Source: Thermoanaerobaculia bacterium (GTDB lineage Bacteria; Acidobacteriota; Thermoanaerobaculia; Multivoradales; Multivoraceae). From it: a DNA stretch of 64,000 bases. Each line of letters opens with the position of its first letter. Positions within the stretch are counted from its first letter, which is position 1. The DNA lies in assembly GCA_035546295.1 (NCBI GenBank), contig DATKBT010000125.1, positions 333,056 through 397,055 of the forward strand, read 5' to 3'. Position numbers and translations under genes: made by a program. Below the pieces are notes generated by a model, which saw only the letters and a program-made list of their open reading frames with translations, was not told the DNA's origin and ran no database searches. Below are positions 33,032-44,404 of the stretch, in pieces.

Positions 33032-34246
33032 TCAACGATGCTGCGATCTCGAACCGCGCCCGGCAGCGGGTGGAACGTCCGCAGGCGCCGAAGCGGGAAG
33101 GGCGTCGGGACCCCGGACGCCGCGTTCGTTGTCGAACAGCTCGCGGTGGCGGAGGACGCAGCGCTCGAAGGCTCGACCCGCGGCGTCGGTGATGCGCGAG
33201 AAGTCGCCGACCCCGATCGAGCGATCGTTCGGATCGATGGCTCCGAGACCGGGCTCGCAGAAGACCGCGCAGGCCAGGCGTCCGCCCACCCGCACCGCCA
33301 GGACGAGACAGTCCCCCGGCAGTCCGCCGCCCCACGCGCTCGCCAGCTCCTCGTGCGCCGGCATCGGGGGCAGGGTTCCGACGTGGTGCGGGGCGCCGTG
33401 GACGAGGTTGAGCAGGACGGAAGGCTTGGTCAGGTCGATGCGCAGTCGGCGCAACGCGGAGGTGTCGACCCCCGGCCCGGTTCCCAGCCATCCCCAGGCG
33501 AAGCCCCTCGTCAGCTTCAGCAACACGATCCGCCGGAAGTGGGGCGTCAGGACATCGAGGAGCGCGCGCGCGATGCGATCGCGGTCGTCGAGACGATCGA
33601 GCCGCGCAAGCCACTCGGCGAGAGGAGACGCCGGCGCGCCTCCGTCCGTCGCCGCGACCGGAGCCCGATCGGCCGGTCTCGCGTCCTCGTGCACCCGCCG
33701 GTCTCGGGTGGCGGTCTCGACCGCGCGCCGCGGGGTCCACAGCGCGTCGGCCTGCCAATCCGACGGATCGATCTCGTCGAGGTCGAGACGCGCGATCAGC
33801 TCACGGATCCGGGTTGGCGCCTCGAGCTGGAAGTGGTCGTGCAGCGAGCACAGCAGCCGCGCTTCGTTGGCGACGAAGGGGCGGATGTCCTTGCCGGTGG
33901 CGAAGGCGAGCCCGTGGAGGGTTTCGAGGTCGTCGGCGGCCAGCAGCGCGACGTGCAGATCCCTGCCGAGCATCCGGAACGGCACCGCCTGCCACCGACG
34001 CGCGAGACGAGCAGCGAGGAGCTGATGCACCTCGGGCGGAATGCGACGCAGGTCGCGGGCGCGTGCCGCAGGCACTCCGTGCTGATGTGAGAGGGCGGTC
34101 TGCAGCCGCTCCTCCGAGATCGCCTCCAGCTCCAGCAGGTTGGTGCCCAGCCGGCCGCCCACCACCTCCTGCACCTGCAACGCGTGCTCGAGCTGTTCGG
34201 CAGTGATCCAACCGAGATCGGTCAGGAGAGAGCCAAGCGGTTTCAA
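33032..34246 (-). CDS. MshEN (T2SS-E N-terminal) domain protein, predicted c-di-GMP receptor, with a C-terminal domain of unknown function
   Basis: Putative TTG start (LKPLGSLLTDLGW) downstream of TATAAT/AGAGG. It has two tandem 24-aa MshEN motifs: LGSLLTDLGWITAEQLEHALQVQ and RLGTNLLELEAISEERLQTALSHQ. The rest of track ORF 33032..36568 is antisense to the TPR gene. Confidence 0.6.
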   Translation of the reverse strand: MKPLGSLLTDLGWITAEQLEHALQVQEVVGGRLGTNLLELEAISEERLQTALSHQHGVPAARARDLRRIPPEVHQLLAARLARRWQAVPFRMLGRDLHVALLAADDLETLHGLAFATGKDIRPFVANEARLLCSLHDHFQLEAPTRIRELIARLDLDEIDPSDWQADALWTPRRAVETATRDRRVHEDARPADRAPVAATDGGAPASPLAEWLARLDRLDDRDRIARALLDVLTPHFRRIVLLKLTRGFAWGWLGTGPGVDTSALRRLRIDLTKPSVLLNLVHGAPHHVGTLPPMPAHEELASAWGGGLPGDCLVLAVRVGGRLACAVFCEPGLGAIDPNDRSIGVGDFSRITDAAGRAFERCVLRHRELFDNERGVRGPDALPASAPADVPPAAGRGSRSQHR

Positions 34247-34378
34247 GCGGCCTCTGGAGGCGCCGGCCCAGCGCTCGTAAGTGCTGAGTATAGATAGCTT
34301 TGTCGGAGCACCGGTGATTATAGGCGCCGGCCCGAACGCTTGTAAAGAGAGGGTCGGCGGGATACCCTCAGCCACGAT

Positions 34379-36436
34379 ATGCGACCCTGCTCTCTGGCCT
34401 TTACGCTGGCATTCGCCCTGCTCGTTCCCACCTCGTCCGCCAACGTCCACGCCCAGTCGCCGCCGGCTGATCTCGACGCCGCGAGCTACTTCGCCATCGC
34501 CCGCATCCACGCCGACGACGGAGAGGTCCAGGAGGCGATCGCGGCCTTCGAGAAGGCGCTCGAGCTGGCGCCCGACGAGCCGCGCATCCACCTCGAGCTC
34601 GCCGACCTCCTGCTGCGATTCCGCCGCCCCGAGGAGGCAGCGAAGAACGCCGAGAAAGCCCTCGAGTTGGCTCCGCGCAATCCGGACGTGTTGAGCGCCT
34701 ACGGACAGATCCAGCTGGCGCGGGCGAACGAGGGGAAGCGCGACGCTGTGGCCAAGGCGCTGGCGGCGCTCGAGACGCTTCGCGAGATCGCTCCCGACGA
34801 TCTCCAGGGCATGCTGATGCTGGGGCAGGTGTACCAGGGCACCGGCCGGCTGGACGACGCCGTCGAGGTGTACGAAGAGCTCGTGCGGCTCAACACCGAC
34901 AACGCCAACCTCAAGCGGTTGTTGATCGAGACCCTGGCCCGCGCGGGCGACAGCGAGCGGGCGCGCGAGCTGCTCGAGGAGCTCGAGCGACTCGACCAGG
35001 AGTCGCTCGAAGGGCGTCTGGCGCTGGCCGAGGCGGAGGCAGAGAAGGGCAACCACGGTGAAGCGATCGACATTCTCGAGGAGGCCGGACCCGAGGACCC
35101 GCGGGTGGCCGTGCTGCTCGCGCGCGAGTACCAGCGCCGCTCGCAGCTCTCGTCGATCACCGAGAAGCAGTCGCGCACCGATCTCGAGCGTGCGCTCGAG
35201 CTGATCGAGTCGGTGCCCGTCGACATTCGGGCCGCCGAGAGCGTGCGGCTCCACGGCGGCATCCTGCTGATGCTGGGCCGGGACGACGAGGCCGAGACGG
35301 TGGTGCGGGCCGCCGTAGAAGCCGAGCCGAACGACCCCGCGCTGCTGCGCAGCCTCGCCGACCTGCTCGAGGCGCGCGGACGCGGCGAGGAGGCGGTCGT
35401 CGTCCTGCGGCGCGCGGTGGTGGCCGCGCGGCTGGGATCGCCGTACCTGCCCGACCTCAAGCTCCGTCTCGCCTGGGCGCTGGCCCGACAGCAGTCCTGG
35501 GCGGAGGCGGCCGAGATCACGGGCTCGCTGCTCGATGACGTGCGCGGACCGCAGCGCGACGAGATCTTCGGTCTCCACGTCGAGTCGCTGACCCGCGCCG
35601 GCAAGGCCCAGAAGGCGCTGCAGGTCCTGCGCGAGGAGCTGGAGCGCCGCGGGCCGAGCAGCCAGTTGCTGCTGGGCGAGGCCGAGCTCCTGCACGAGCT
35701 GGGCCGGGACAAGGAGGCGCTCAAGGTCCTGGGCCGTCGCGAGCTCGCCGAGGACGACTCGGACCCCGTGCGCTTCCGGCGGGCGAGCCTCTACCTCGAG
35801 CTCGGACAGGATCAGGCGGCGTTCGCGCTGCTCGACGCCTCGTCGTCCGACCCGGAGGGCGCGTTTCGGGTCGGTCGCTTCCTCACCGCGCTCGAGCGAT
35901 TCGACTCTTCGATCCGCTACCTGGATCGCGCGCTCGAAGGCGTCGACGACGCCGGTGGCGACCGCGAGGCCGACGTCCGGTTCTTCCTCGGCCAGGCCTA
36001 CGAACGCAGCGGCCGGTTCGAGGAGGCGGCGCGCGAGTTCCGCGAGGTCCTCGAGATCCGCGCCGACGACACGACGGCCATGAACTACCTCGGCTACATG
36101 TGGGCCGATCTCGGGCGCAACCTCGACGAAGCGTTGAAGCTGGTGCAGCGGGCGGTCGAGATGGAGCCGAGCAACGGCGCCTACGTCGACTCGCTGGGCT
36201 GGGCCTACTACCGCCTCGGCGAGCTCGGCCCGGCACGGGAGAGCCTCGAGCGGGCTGCTCGGCTCAACCCCGACAATGCGACGATTCACGAGCATCTCGG
36301 CGACGTCTACCGGGCGCTCGGCGAGATCGAGCTCGCTCGCTCCTCCTACGAGCGGGCGCTCGCGCTCGAGGACGAGGACAACGTTGCGCAGGTACGGACC
36401 AAGCTCGCCGATCTCCAGGGGTCGGACTCCCCCTGA
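34379..36436 (+). CDS. secreted TPR-repeat protein
   Basis: Signal peptide (LLVPTSSANVHA) followed by more than 12 TPR-like repeats across 685 aa. Confidence 0.8.
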   Translation: MRPCSLAFTLAFALLVPTSSANVHAQSPPADLDAASYFAIARIHADDGEVQEAIAAFEKALELAPDEPRIHLELADLLLRFRRPEEAAKNAEKALELAPRNPDVLSAYGQIQLARANEGKRDAVAKALAALETLREIAPDDLQGMLMLGQVYQGTGRLDDAVEVYEELVRLNTDNANLKRLLIETLARAGDSERARELLEELERLDQESLEGRLALAEAEAEKGNHGEAIDILEEAGPEDPRVAVLLAREYQRRSQLSSITEKQSRTDLERALELIESVPVDIRAAESVRLHGGILLMLGRDDEAETVVRAAVEAEPNDPALLRSLADLLEARGRGEEAVVVLRRAVVAARLGSPYLPDLKLRLAWALARQQSWAEAAEITGSLLDDVRGPQRDEIFGLHVESLTRAGKAQKALQVLREELERRGPSSQLLLGEAELLHELGRDKEALKVLGRRELAEDDSDPVRFRRASLYLELGQDQAAFALLDASSSDPEGAFRVGRFLTALERFDSSIRYLDRALEGVDDAGGDREADVRFFLGQAYERSGRFEEAAREFREVLEIRADDTTAMNYLGYMWADLGRNLDEALKLVQRAVEMEPSNGAYVDSLGWAYYRLGELGPARESLERAARLNPDNATIHEHLGDVYRALGEIELARSSYERALALEDEDNVAQVRTKLADLQGSDSP

Positions 36437-36456
36437 GACCCGCGGATCCGAGACCC

Positions 36457-37209
36457 GTGGCCGGAGGGCCCGGACGAGTCGGCGTTGGCTGGCCGCTGGC
36501 GGTCGCGGCGGTCGCGCTCGTGGCCTGTGGCGGCTCGCTCGGGTCGACCCGCCCCGAGCCACCGGCACCGGCCGCTTCCCCCGACGAGGAACGGGCCGCG
36601 GTGTGGGCGCTTCCGACCGAGGAGATGCGAACGCAGCGGCTGGTCCGGCTGCACTACGAGGGGCCGGGGGACGACGGCACGCTCTACCTCATCCTGCGAC
36701 TCGAGAGCCCGAGCCGCTACAACATCGAGGCGAACGCGAGGCTGCTCGGAAAGTCTGTCTTCCGGCTGATGGTGCGCGACGACCGGGCGCTGTTCCTCGA
36801 CCTCCAACGATCCGAGTACTGCAGGTTCGACCAGGCGATCGAGATCAGCGCGGTGCCGCTCGGACCGCTGCCGTTCGACGTCCTGCCGGCGCTCCTGCTG
36901 GGGCGGATTCCGGCCCGACCCGACGCGGAGGGCGTGGCGATCACGGAGAATGGCCTGTGGGGCTTCCGCGACCGGGAGGGGCGGCGGTGGACGCTGGTGG
37001 AGGAGGGGGGCCGGCTCGCGAGCTGGACCCTCTGGAAGGAGGGATCGCCGGCCGTCTGGTGGTCTCGTGACGGCGACGTGCTCTACCTCTCGGCGCGCGA
37101 GGAGGAGCTGCAGCTGAGATGGCGATCCGGCGCTCCCGAGCCGCTGGCGACCGGGCTCACGACGCCGGCGATTCCCGAGGGTTTCGTGGCGGGGACCGAC
37201 TGCGGTTGA
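36457..37209 (+). CDS. LolB-like outer-membrane lipoprotein
   Basis: GTG start; lipobox VALVACGGS. The lolB-ispE-prs arrangement is conserved in many bacteria; its stop overlaps the ispE start. Confidence 0.5.
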   Translation: MAGGPGRVGVGWPLAVAAVALVACGGSLGSTRPEPPAPAASPDEERAAVWALPTEEMRTQRLVRLHYEGPGDDGTLYLILRLESPSRYNIEANARLLGKSVFRLMVRDDRALFLDLQRSEYCRFDQAIEISAVPLGPLPFDVLPALLLGRIPARPDAEGVAITENGLWGFRDREGRRWTLVEEGGRLASWTLWKEGSPAVWWSRDGDVLYLSAREEELQLRWRSGAPEPLATGLTTPAIPEGFVAGTDCG

Positions 37210-38144
37210 GCGGCGGCGCCGACGTGCCGACGGCCGGAGACCGTACACTCGAGCTCGACGCTCCGGCCAAGGTCAATCTGTGGCTGCACGTGAGGGGCCG
37301 CAGCGCAGACGGATACCACGTGCTGGACACCGTCTTCCAGAGCCTCGAGCTCGCCGATTCGGTGACTGTTCGCTGCCGCCCGCGCGTGCCGCCCACCGGC
37401 GAGCGGGTGCGGTTGAGCGTGACCGGCACGGTCCCGTGCCCCGGCGGGCGCGACAACCTCTGCGTGAGGGCTGCCGAGGCTTACCTCGAGCGCTGGCCGG
37501 CGCCGGTCGCCGTCGAGATCGAGCTGGAGAAGAGGATCCCGGTCGGGGCCGGCCTGGGCGGCGGCAGCAGCGATGCCGCCAGCGTCCTGCTCGCGCTGCG
37601 CCGGCTGCTGGGCGCGCCCGGCCGACGGGCCGAGCTCGAAGCGACGGCGCGGACGCTGGGCGCGGACGTGCCCTTCTTCCTGGTCGGCGGCACCGCGCGT
37701 GGACGCGGCAGGGGAGACTTCGTCGAGCCGCTGCCGGACCTGCGGCCTTCGCCGTTGTGGCTGATCGCGCCGCCGGTCGAGCTCTCCACCGCCGCGGTGT
37801 TCGCCGAGCACACTCGGTCAGCCGAGCACACTCGGTCTACGAGGGGGTCGGCCGCGACGGGCGGCGAGCCGATCGCACTGCCGGTCGATCGTAGGATCGA
37901 GCGCTGGATCCTGGGCAACGACCTCGAGCCTTCGGCCCGCGCGCTCTGCCCCGGGCTCGAAGCCATATATACTGCTCTCCAACGATTTGGTTTTCCCAGT
38001 GTGCAGCTCTCCGGAAGCGGGGGCGTGGTCTTCGGCATCCCTCCCCGTGGGGCCCGGCCGGAATCCCTGGCGCGGGACCTCGAAGGGGCGGGGAAGATCT
38101 ACGTCACGAGAACTCGCTCCCGGAGGGCTTTCGGGGCCGCTTGA
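37206..38144 (+). CDS. ispE: 4-diphosphocytidyl-2-C-methyl-D-erythritol kinase
   Basis: AKVNLWLHVRGRSADGYHVLDTVFQSLELAD and the GHMP kinase loop PVGAGLGGGSSDAA. Putative TTG start (TTGA overlap). Contains the in-frame tandem duplication AEHTRS x2. Confidence 0.85.
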   Translation: MSGGADVPTAGDRTLELDAPAKVNLWLHVRGRSADGYHVLDTVFQSLELADSVTVRCRPRVPPTGERVRLSVTGTVPCPGGRDNLCVRAAEAYLERWPAPVAVEIELEKRIPVGAGLGGGSSDAASVLLALRRLLGAPGRRAELEATARTLGADVPFFLVGGTARGRGRGDFVEPLPDLRPSPLWLIAPPVELSTAAVFAEHTRSAEHTRSTRGSAATGGEPIALPVDRRIERWILGNDLEPSARALCPGLEAIYTALQRFGFPSVQLSGSGGVVFGIPPRGARPESLARDLEGAGKIYVTRTRSRRAFGAA

Positions 38145-38165
38145 AGCCCTTCAAGGAGACCAGCT

Positions 38166-38570
38166 GTGGAGATCACCGAGGTCAAGATCTTTCTGGTGGG
38201 CGAGGAGAAGCTCAAGGCGTTCGTCTCGATCGTGCTCGACGACTGCTTCATGATCAACGACATCAAGGTGATCGCGGGGCGCGACGGGCTGTTCATCAGC
38301 ATGCCCAGCAGGCGCAAGAAGAACGGCGAGTTCAAGGACGTCGCGCACCCGCTGAACAACCAGACCCGCGCCTGGCTGGAGGACCGCGTGCTCGGCGAGT
38401 ACCGGCGGGCCCTCGCCGCGGAGGGCGGGGACGAGCCGCCGCCGCCGCGTCGCGTTCCGGTGCGGGCCGCGGTCGCGGCCGCCGGAGCGGGCGAGCCCGA
38501 CACCGAGGAGGAGAGCCTCGAGGAGGTGCGGCGCAAGCATCTGAGCGACGCCTTCTGGAGCGTGGGATAG
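38166..38570 (+). CDS. spoVG: septation/regulatory protein SpoVG
   Basis: MEITEVKIFLVGEEKLKAFVSIVLDDCFMINDIKVIAGRDGLFISMPSRRK is nearly identical to the SpoVG consensus. Confidence 0.9.
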   Translation: MEITEVKIFLVGEEKLKAFVSIVLDDCFMINDIKVIAGRDGLFISMPSRRKKNGEFKDVAHPLNNQTRAWLEDRVLGEYRRALAAEGGDEPPPPRRVPVRAAVAAAGAGEPDTEEESLEEVRRKHLSDAFWSVG

Positions 38571-38700
38571 GGTTTTCATCGAGGTGCCGGATCGCCTCGT
38601 GCAGCCCTTGCGGAGGGCGATGTCCGCTGGACTGTTGATGTAAGATCCGCCGGCGCCTTGCTGGGAGCGCTCTCGAGCCCGGGCTCTGGCGTGAGCCTCC

Positions 38701-38775
38701 TGGGGCGTCGCCAAGTGGTAAGGCACCGGACTTTGGATCCGGCATTCGGGGGTTCGAATCCTCCCGCCCCAACCA
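38701..38775 (+). tRNA. tRNA-Gln (anticodon TTG)
   Basis: Cloverleaf: acceptor TGGGGCG/CGCCCCA, anticodon stem CCGGA/TCCGG with loop CTTTGGA, T-loop TTCGAAT, encoded CCA. It is close to E. coli tRNA-Gln(UUG). Confidence 0.9.
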
Positions 38776-38940
38776 GGTTCCTTACCCGCACCGCCGCCTG
38801 ACTCCGCCGATCCGACGCCGGCAGGTCGACCGTCCGCCGGCTCCGAGTCCTGTCGCCCCTCCCGGGGTGTCGCGTCCGCTTCCGCTCGTCCTCGACCCTG
38901 AACCGACCGAACCGGCCTCTCCTGCCACCGTAGCCGTGCC

Positions 38941-39885
38941 GTGATCTACAGCGACCTGAAGATCTTCGGGGGACGGGCCCATCCGGCCCTGACCGCCGAG
39001 ATCTGCTCCTACCTCGAGCTGCCCTGCGGCGAGGTGACCGCCTTCGACTTCTCGGACGGCGAGACCTTCTGCCAGATCGACGAGAACGTCCGCGGCGCGG
39101 ACGTCTTCGTGGTCCAGCCGACCTGCCCGCCGGTCAACGACAACCTGGTCGAGCTGCTGGTGCTGATCGACGCCTTCAAGCGATCCTCGGCGTCGCGGGT
39201 CACGGCCGTCATGCCGTACTACGGCTACGCGCGGCAGGACAAGAAGGACAAGCCGCGCGTCCCGATCACGGCGAAGCTGATCGCCGACCTGCTGTCGACG
39301 GCCGGCGCCGATCGCATCCTGACCATGGACGTCCACGCCGCGCAGATCGCCGGCTACTTCAACGTCCCCGTCGACCACCTGTTCGCCGCGCCCGTCATGC
39401 TCGAGTCGATCCGGGCGCTCGGCAAGGAGGATCTGATGATCGTCGCCCCCGACGCCGGCGGCGTGGCCAGGGCGCGCGCCTTCGCCAAACGGCTCGATGC
39501 CGACCTGGCGATCGTCGACAAGCGCCGGATCGCGGCCAACGAAGCCGAGGTCATGAACGTCATCGGCGACGTCGAGGATCGCGACGTGCTGATCCTCGAC
39601 GACATCATCGACACCGGCGGCACCCTGGTCAACACCGTCGAGGCGTTGACCAAACAGGGGGCGCGCTCGGTGTACGCCGGCGGCATCCACGGCATCCTCT
39701 CGGGACCGGCTCTGGAGCGTATCCAGCGCTCGGCGCTCGAGGCTGTATTCGTGACCAACACCACGCCGCTCGACGAGAAGCTGCGGGCGTGCAGCAAGCT
39801 GCGGCCGCTGTCGGTGGCCCCGCTGCTCGGCGAGGCGATCCGTCGCATCCACGACAACAGCTCGGTCAGCTCCCTGTTCGTCTGA
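38941..39885 (+). CDS. prs: ribose-phosphate pyrophosphokinase
   Basis: GTG start; VMPYYGYARQDKK and DDIIDTGGT PRPP-binding motifs. Confidence 0.95.
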   Translation: MIYSDLKIFGGRAHPALTAEICSYLELPCGEVTAFDFSDGETFCQIDENVRGADVFVVQPTCPPVNDNLVELLVLIDAFKRSSASRVTAVMPYYGYARQDKKDKPRVPITAKLIADLLSTAGADRILTMDVHAAQIAGYFNVPVDHLFAAPVMLESIRALGKEDLMIVAPDAGGVARARAFAKRLDADLAIVDKRRIAANEAEVMNVIGDVEDRDVLILDDIIDTGGTLVNTVEALTKQGARSVYAGGIHGILSGPALERIQRSALEAVFVTNTTPLDEKLRACSKLRPLSVAPLLGEAIRRIHDNSSVSSLFV

Positions 39886-39950
39886 TCGCCCGATCGGCGA
39901 CGGGACGACCCTGAAAGAACGAAACGACTCCTTCGGGAAGGTGAGAAACC

Positions 39951-40619
39951 ATGAGTGACACGACGATCGAAGTCACCCGGCGCGAAGCGACCGGCAAGGG
40001 CGCCGCCCGGCGCCTGCGACGCTCCGGCCAGGTGCCGGCCGTGGTCTACGGCAGGGGCGGCGACACCCTCGCCATCCAGGTCGAAGACCGGCGGCTCCAC
40101 CGGTTGATCCGCAGCGCGGGCGAGAACGCGGTGTTCCTCCTGCAGCTCAAGGGCAGCGACCAGTCCCGCCACACCATGATCCGCGAGATCCAGTGGGACC
40201 CGCTGAACGGCAAGCTCGTCCACGTCGACTTCCAGCGCGTGACCATGGACGAAGTGGTCCGCGTCCACGTGCCGATCGAGCTCCAGGGCACTCCTCTCGG
40301 AGTCAAGAACGAGGGGGGCCTGGTCGACTTCGTGACTCGCGAGATCGAGATCGAGTGCCTGCCGGGCGACATTCCCGACCACCTGACGATCGACATCTCC
40401 GAGCTCCACATCGGCCAGCACGTCGAGGCCTCGGACCTGAAGCTCGAGGACCAGCACGTCATGGTCACCGAGCCGTCGCGCGTGATCGCGGCCGTCAGCC
40501 AGCCGCGGGTGGCCGCCGAGGGCGAGGAGGCCGAGGAGGCCGAGGACGAGGAGCTCATCGAGAAGGTGGCCGAGGAGCCGGAGGTGGTGCACAAGGGCAA
40601 GGAAGCGGAGGACGAGTAG
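39951..40619 (+). CDS. rplY: 50S ribosomal protein L25 / general stress protein Ctc
   Basis: 222 aa; L25 N-terminal domain (RREATGKGAARRLRRSGQVPAVVYG), Ctc-type C-terminal domain and an acidic tail. Confidence 0.9.
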   Translation: MSDTTIEVTRREATGKGAARRLRRSGQVPAVVYGRGGDTLAIQVEDRRLHRLIRSAGENAVFLLQLKGSDQSRHTMIREIQWDPLNGKLVHVDFQRVTMDEVVRVHVPIELQGTPLGVKNEGGLVDFVTREIEIECLPGDIPDHLTIDISELHIGQHVEASDLKLEDQHVMVTEPSRVIAAVSQPRVAAEGEEAEEAEDEELIEKVAEEPEVVHKGKEAEDE

Positions 40620-40652
40620 GCCCCGACTCCTGGGCGCGCAGCTCGAGACCAG

Positions 40653-41246
40653 ATGGAGGATGCGGAGCGAGCAGGCCGGCGTCTCGTGGTGGGCCTGGGG
40701 AATCCCGGCGAGAGGTACCGGTGGAGCCGTCACAACCTGGGTTTCCGGGTGGTCGACGAGCTCGCCGAGCGCTGGCGGGTCGAGTGGGGGCCGGAGCGCT
40801 GCAGCGCCCGGTTCTCGACCTCGGGTCCGGCCGACCTCGCCGCTCCGCAGACCTTCATGAACCGCAGCGGCTGGTCGGTGCGATGCCTCGTCGAGCGCTT
40901 CGGATACCGTGCGGGTGACATCCTGGTGGTGCTCGACGAGATCGCCCTGCCGCTCGGGACGTTGCGGCTGCGCGGGCGCGGAAGCCCCGCCGGCCACCGC
41001 GGCCTCGAGTCGGTGATCGAGAACCTGAGGACCGACGCGGTGCCTCGGCTCCGGCTGGGGATCGCACCGTGCGACGGAGAGGTCGAGGGGGAGCTCTCGG
41101 ATTTCGTGCTGTCGGAGTTCGAGGCGGACGAGCGAGAGCTGGTCGAGAAGATCGTGCAGAGGGGAACGGACGCGGTGATCAGCTGGATCGGCCGCGGCCT
41201 GGAAGCAACCATGAACGAGTTCAACGGCGAGGCGGTGGCGGTCTAG
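40653..41246 (+). CDS. pth: peptidyl-tRNA hydrolase
   Basis: [21 protein letters not shown] and GHRGLESV motifs. Confidence 0.9.
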   Translation: MEDAERAGRRLVVGLGNPGERYRWSRHNLGFRVVDELAERWRVEWGPERCSARFSTSGPADLAAPQTFMNRSGWSVRCLVERFGYRAGDILVVLDEIALPLGTLRLRGRGSPAGHRGLESVIENLRTDAVPRLRLGIAPCDGEVEGELSDFVLSEFEADERELVEKIVQRGTDAVISWIGRGLEATMNEFNGEAVAV

Positions 41247-41307
41247 GCGCGAGTCGGCCGGCCGATCGTCCATTCGGGCCAGCCTGCAATCTCAGAGAAG
41301 CGAGGAG

Positions 41308-43395
<2,088 letters not shown>

Positions 43396-43425
43396 GGTCC
43401 TCGTGCCGTCGGTCGGCGGACGATC

Positions 43426-43461
43426 GGGCCGCGGCGTGCGGGAGGGGGCCCGCCGCGGCCC
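43426..43461 (+). terminator. GC-rich hairpin downstream of hppA (11-bp perfect stem GGGCCGCGGCG/CGCCGCGGCCC) without a U-tract
   Basis: A perfect inverted repeat 30 nt after the hppA stop; no T-run follows, so the termination mode is uncertain. Confidence 0.4.
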
Positions 43462-43470
43462 TCGCCGACC

Positions 43471-43499
43471 TTGCTTTCCTGCTCGGGATCGCTCACAAT
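43471..43499 (+). promoter_or_regulatory. candidate sigma70-like promoter of the rpsF-rpsR-rplI operon (TTGCTT-17-CACAAT)
   Basis: It lies about 200 nt upstream of rpsF in the only long non-coding stretch before the operon. The match to consensus is weak. Confidence 0.25.
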
Positions 43500-43702
43500 C
43501 ACGGGCTCTGGGCTGTGCGCCCGGCCAGGCGTGCCGCGCGCGGCCCACCGATTCCGGTCGATTTCGCACCGGTCGACAGAACCGGTCCTGCTCTCTGGTC
43601 GTTCGCAACTCCGTCAGAACGCAGGCCGAGCACCGGTCAACCCCCGAGAGCCAGGGTCTGGAGTCACGGCTCGAGAGCCCGGCCACGCAGGGAGAGTCAG
43701 TC

Positions 43703-44074
43703 TTGAAGAGAACGTACGAGCTCGTGTTCATCGCAGATCCGCGCCTCAGCGACGAGGAGGCGGTGGAGATCGCCGACGAGTACAAGAACATGATCACGGC
43801 CAACGGCAGCGCCGAAGTGACTCGCGAGGAGAGCTGGGGCAAGCGCAAGCTGGCGTATCCGATCGGCAAGTTCAACGAAGGCCGCTACCACGTCTACTAC
43901 ATCAGCGCCGACCCCAAGAACCCTCTGCCCGAGGTCGAGCAGAGGCTGCGCCAGAACGACAAGATCCTCCGTCACCTGGTGGTCCGCACCGATCTCGACG
44001 TGAAGCGGGCCGAGACCAAGGGGAAGAAGCGCAAGCCGAAGCGCGAGACGTCCGAGGCGTCGACCGCCGACTGA
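43703..44074 (+). CDS. rpsF: 30S ribosomal protein S6
   Basis: TTG start with GGGAGAG upstream; LKRTYELVFIADPRLSDEE...GKFNEGRYHVYY. Confidence 0.85.
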   Translation: MKRTYELVFIADPRLSDEEAVEIADEYKNMITANGSAEVTREESWGKRKLAYPIGKFNEGRYHVYYISADPKNPLPEVEQRLRQNDKILRHLVVRTDLDVKRAETKGKKRKPKRETSEASTAD

Positions 44075-44149
44075 CCCGCTGGTTGGGTCGGCGAGCCACT
44101 CGACCCCTGGAGGGGTCGGCAGACTTCGAAAAGTCCGGAGAATTCAGCA

Positions 44150-44383
44150 ATGCCCAGAGGCAAGAGGACCTTCTTCCGTCGGCGCAAGGTGTGCAAGTTC
44201 ACTGCCGAAGGAATCGAGTACATCGACTTCAAGGACGTGAACCTGCTCCGGCAGTTCGTTCCGGAGCGGGCCAAGATCCTGCCACGGAGGATCTCGGGGA
44301 ACTCCGCCCGCCACCAGCGGATGCTGGCCCAGGCGATCAAGCGTGCGCGCTTCCTCGCGCTGCTGCCCTTCACCACGGACTGA
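44150..44383 (+). CDS. rpsR: 30S ribosomal protein S18
   Basis: 77 aa; [23 protein letters not shown]...[22 protein letters not shown]. Confidence 0.9.
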   Translation: MPRGKRTFFRRRKVCKFTAEGIEYIDFKDVNLLRQFVPERAKILPRRISGNSARHQRMLAQAIKRARFLALLPFTTD

Positions 44384-44404
44384 CGGGCGAGAGCGAGAAC
44401 AGCC

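Noticed and set aside
34379-36568. Upstream two-thirds of the 1178-aa minus-strand ORF
   Set aside because: Antisense to the secreted TPR gene. Only the 3' 1.2 kb (33032-34246) codes for a recognisable protein, so the ORF was truncated to a TTG start.
38576-38700. Candidate promoter (TTGATG / TTGCTG) for tRNA-Gln
   Set aside because: No convincing -10 element at correct spacing.
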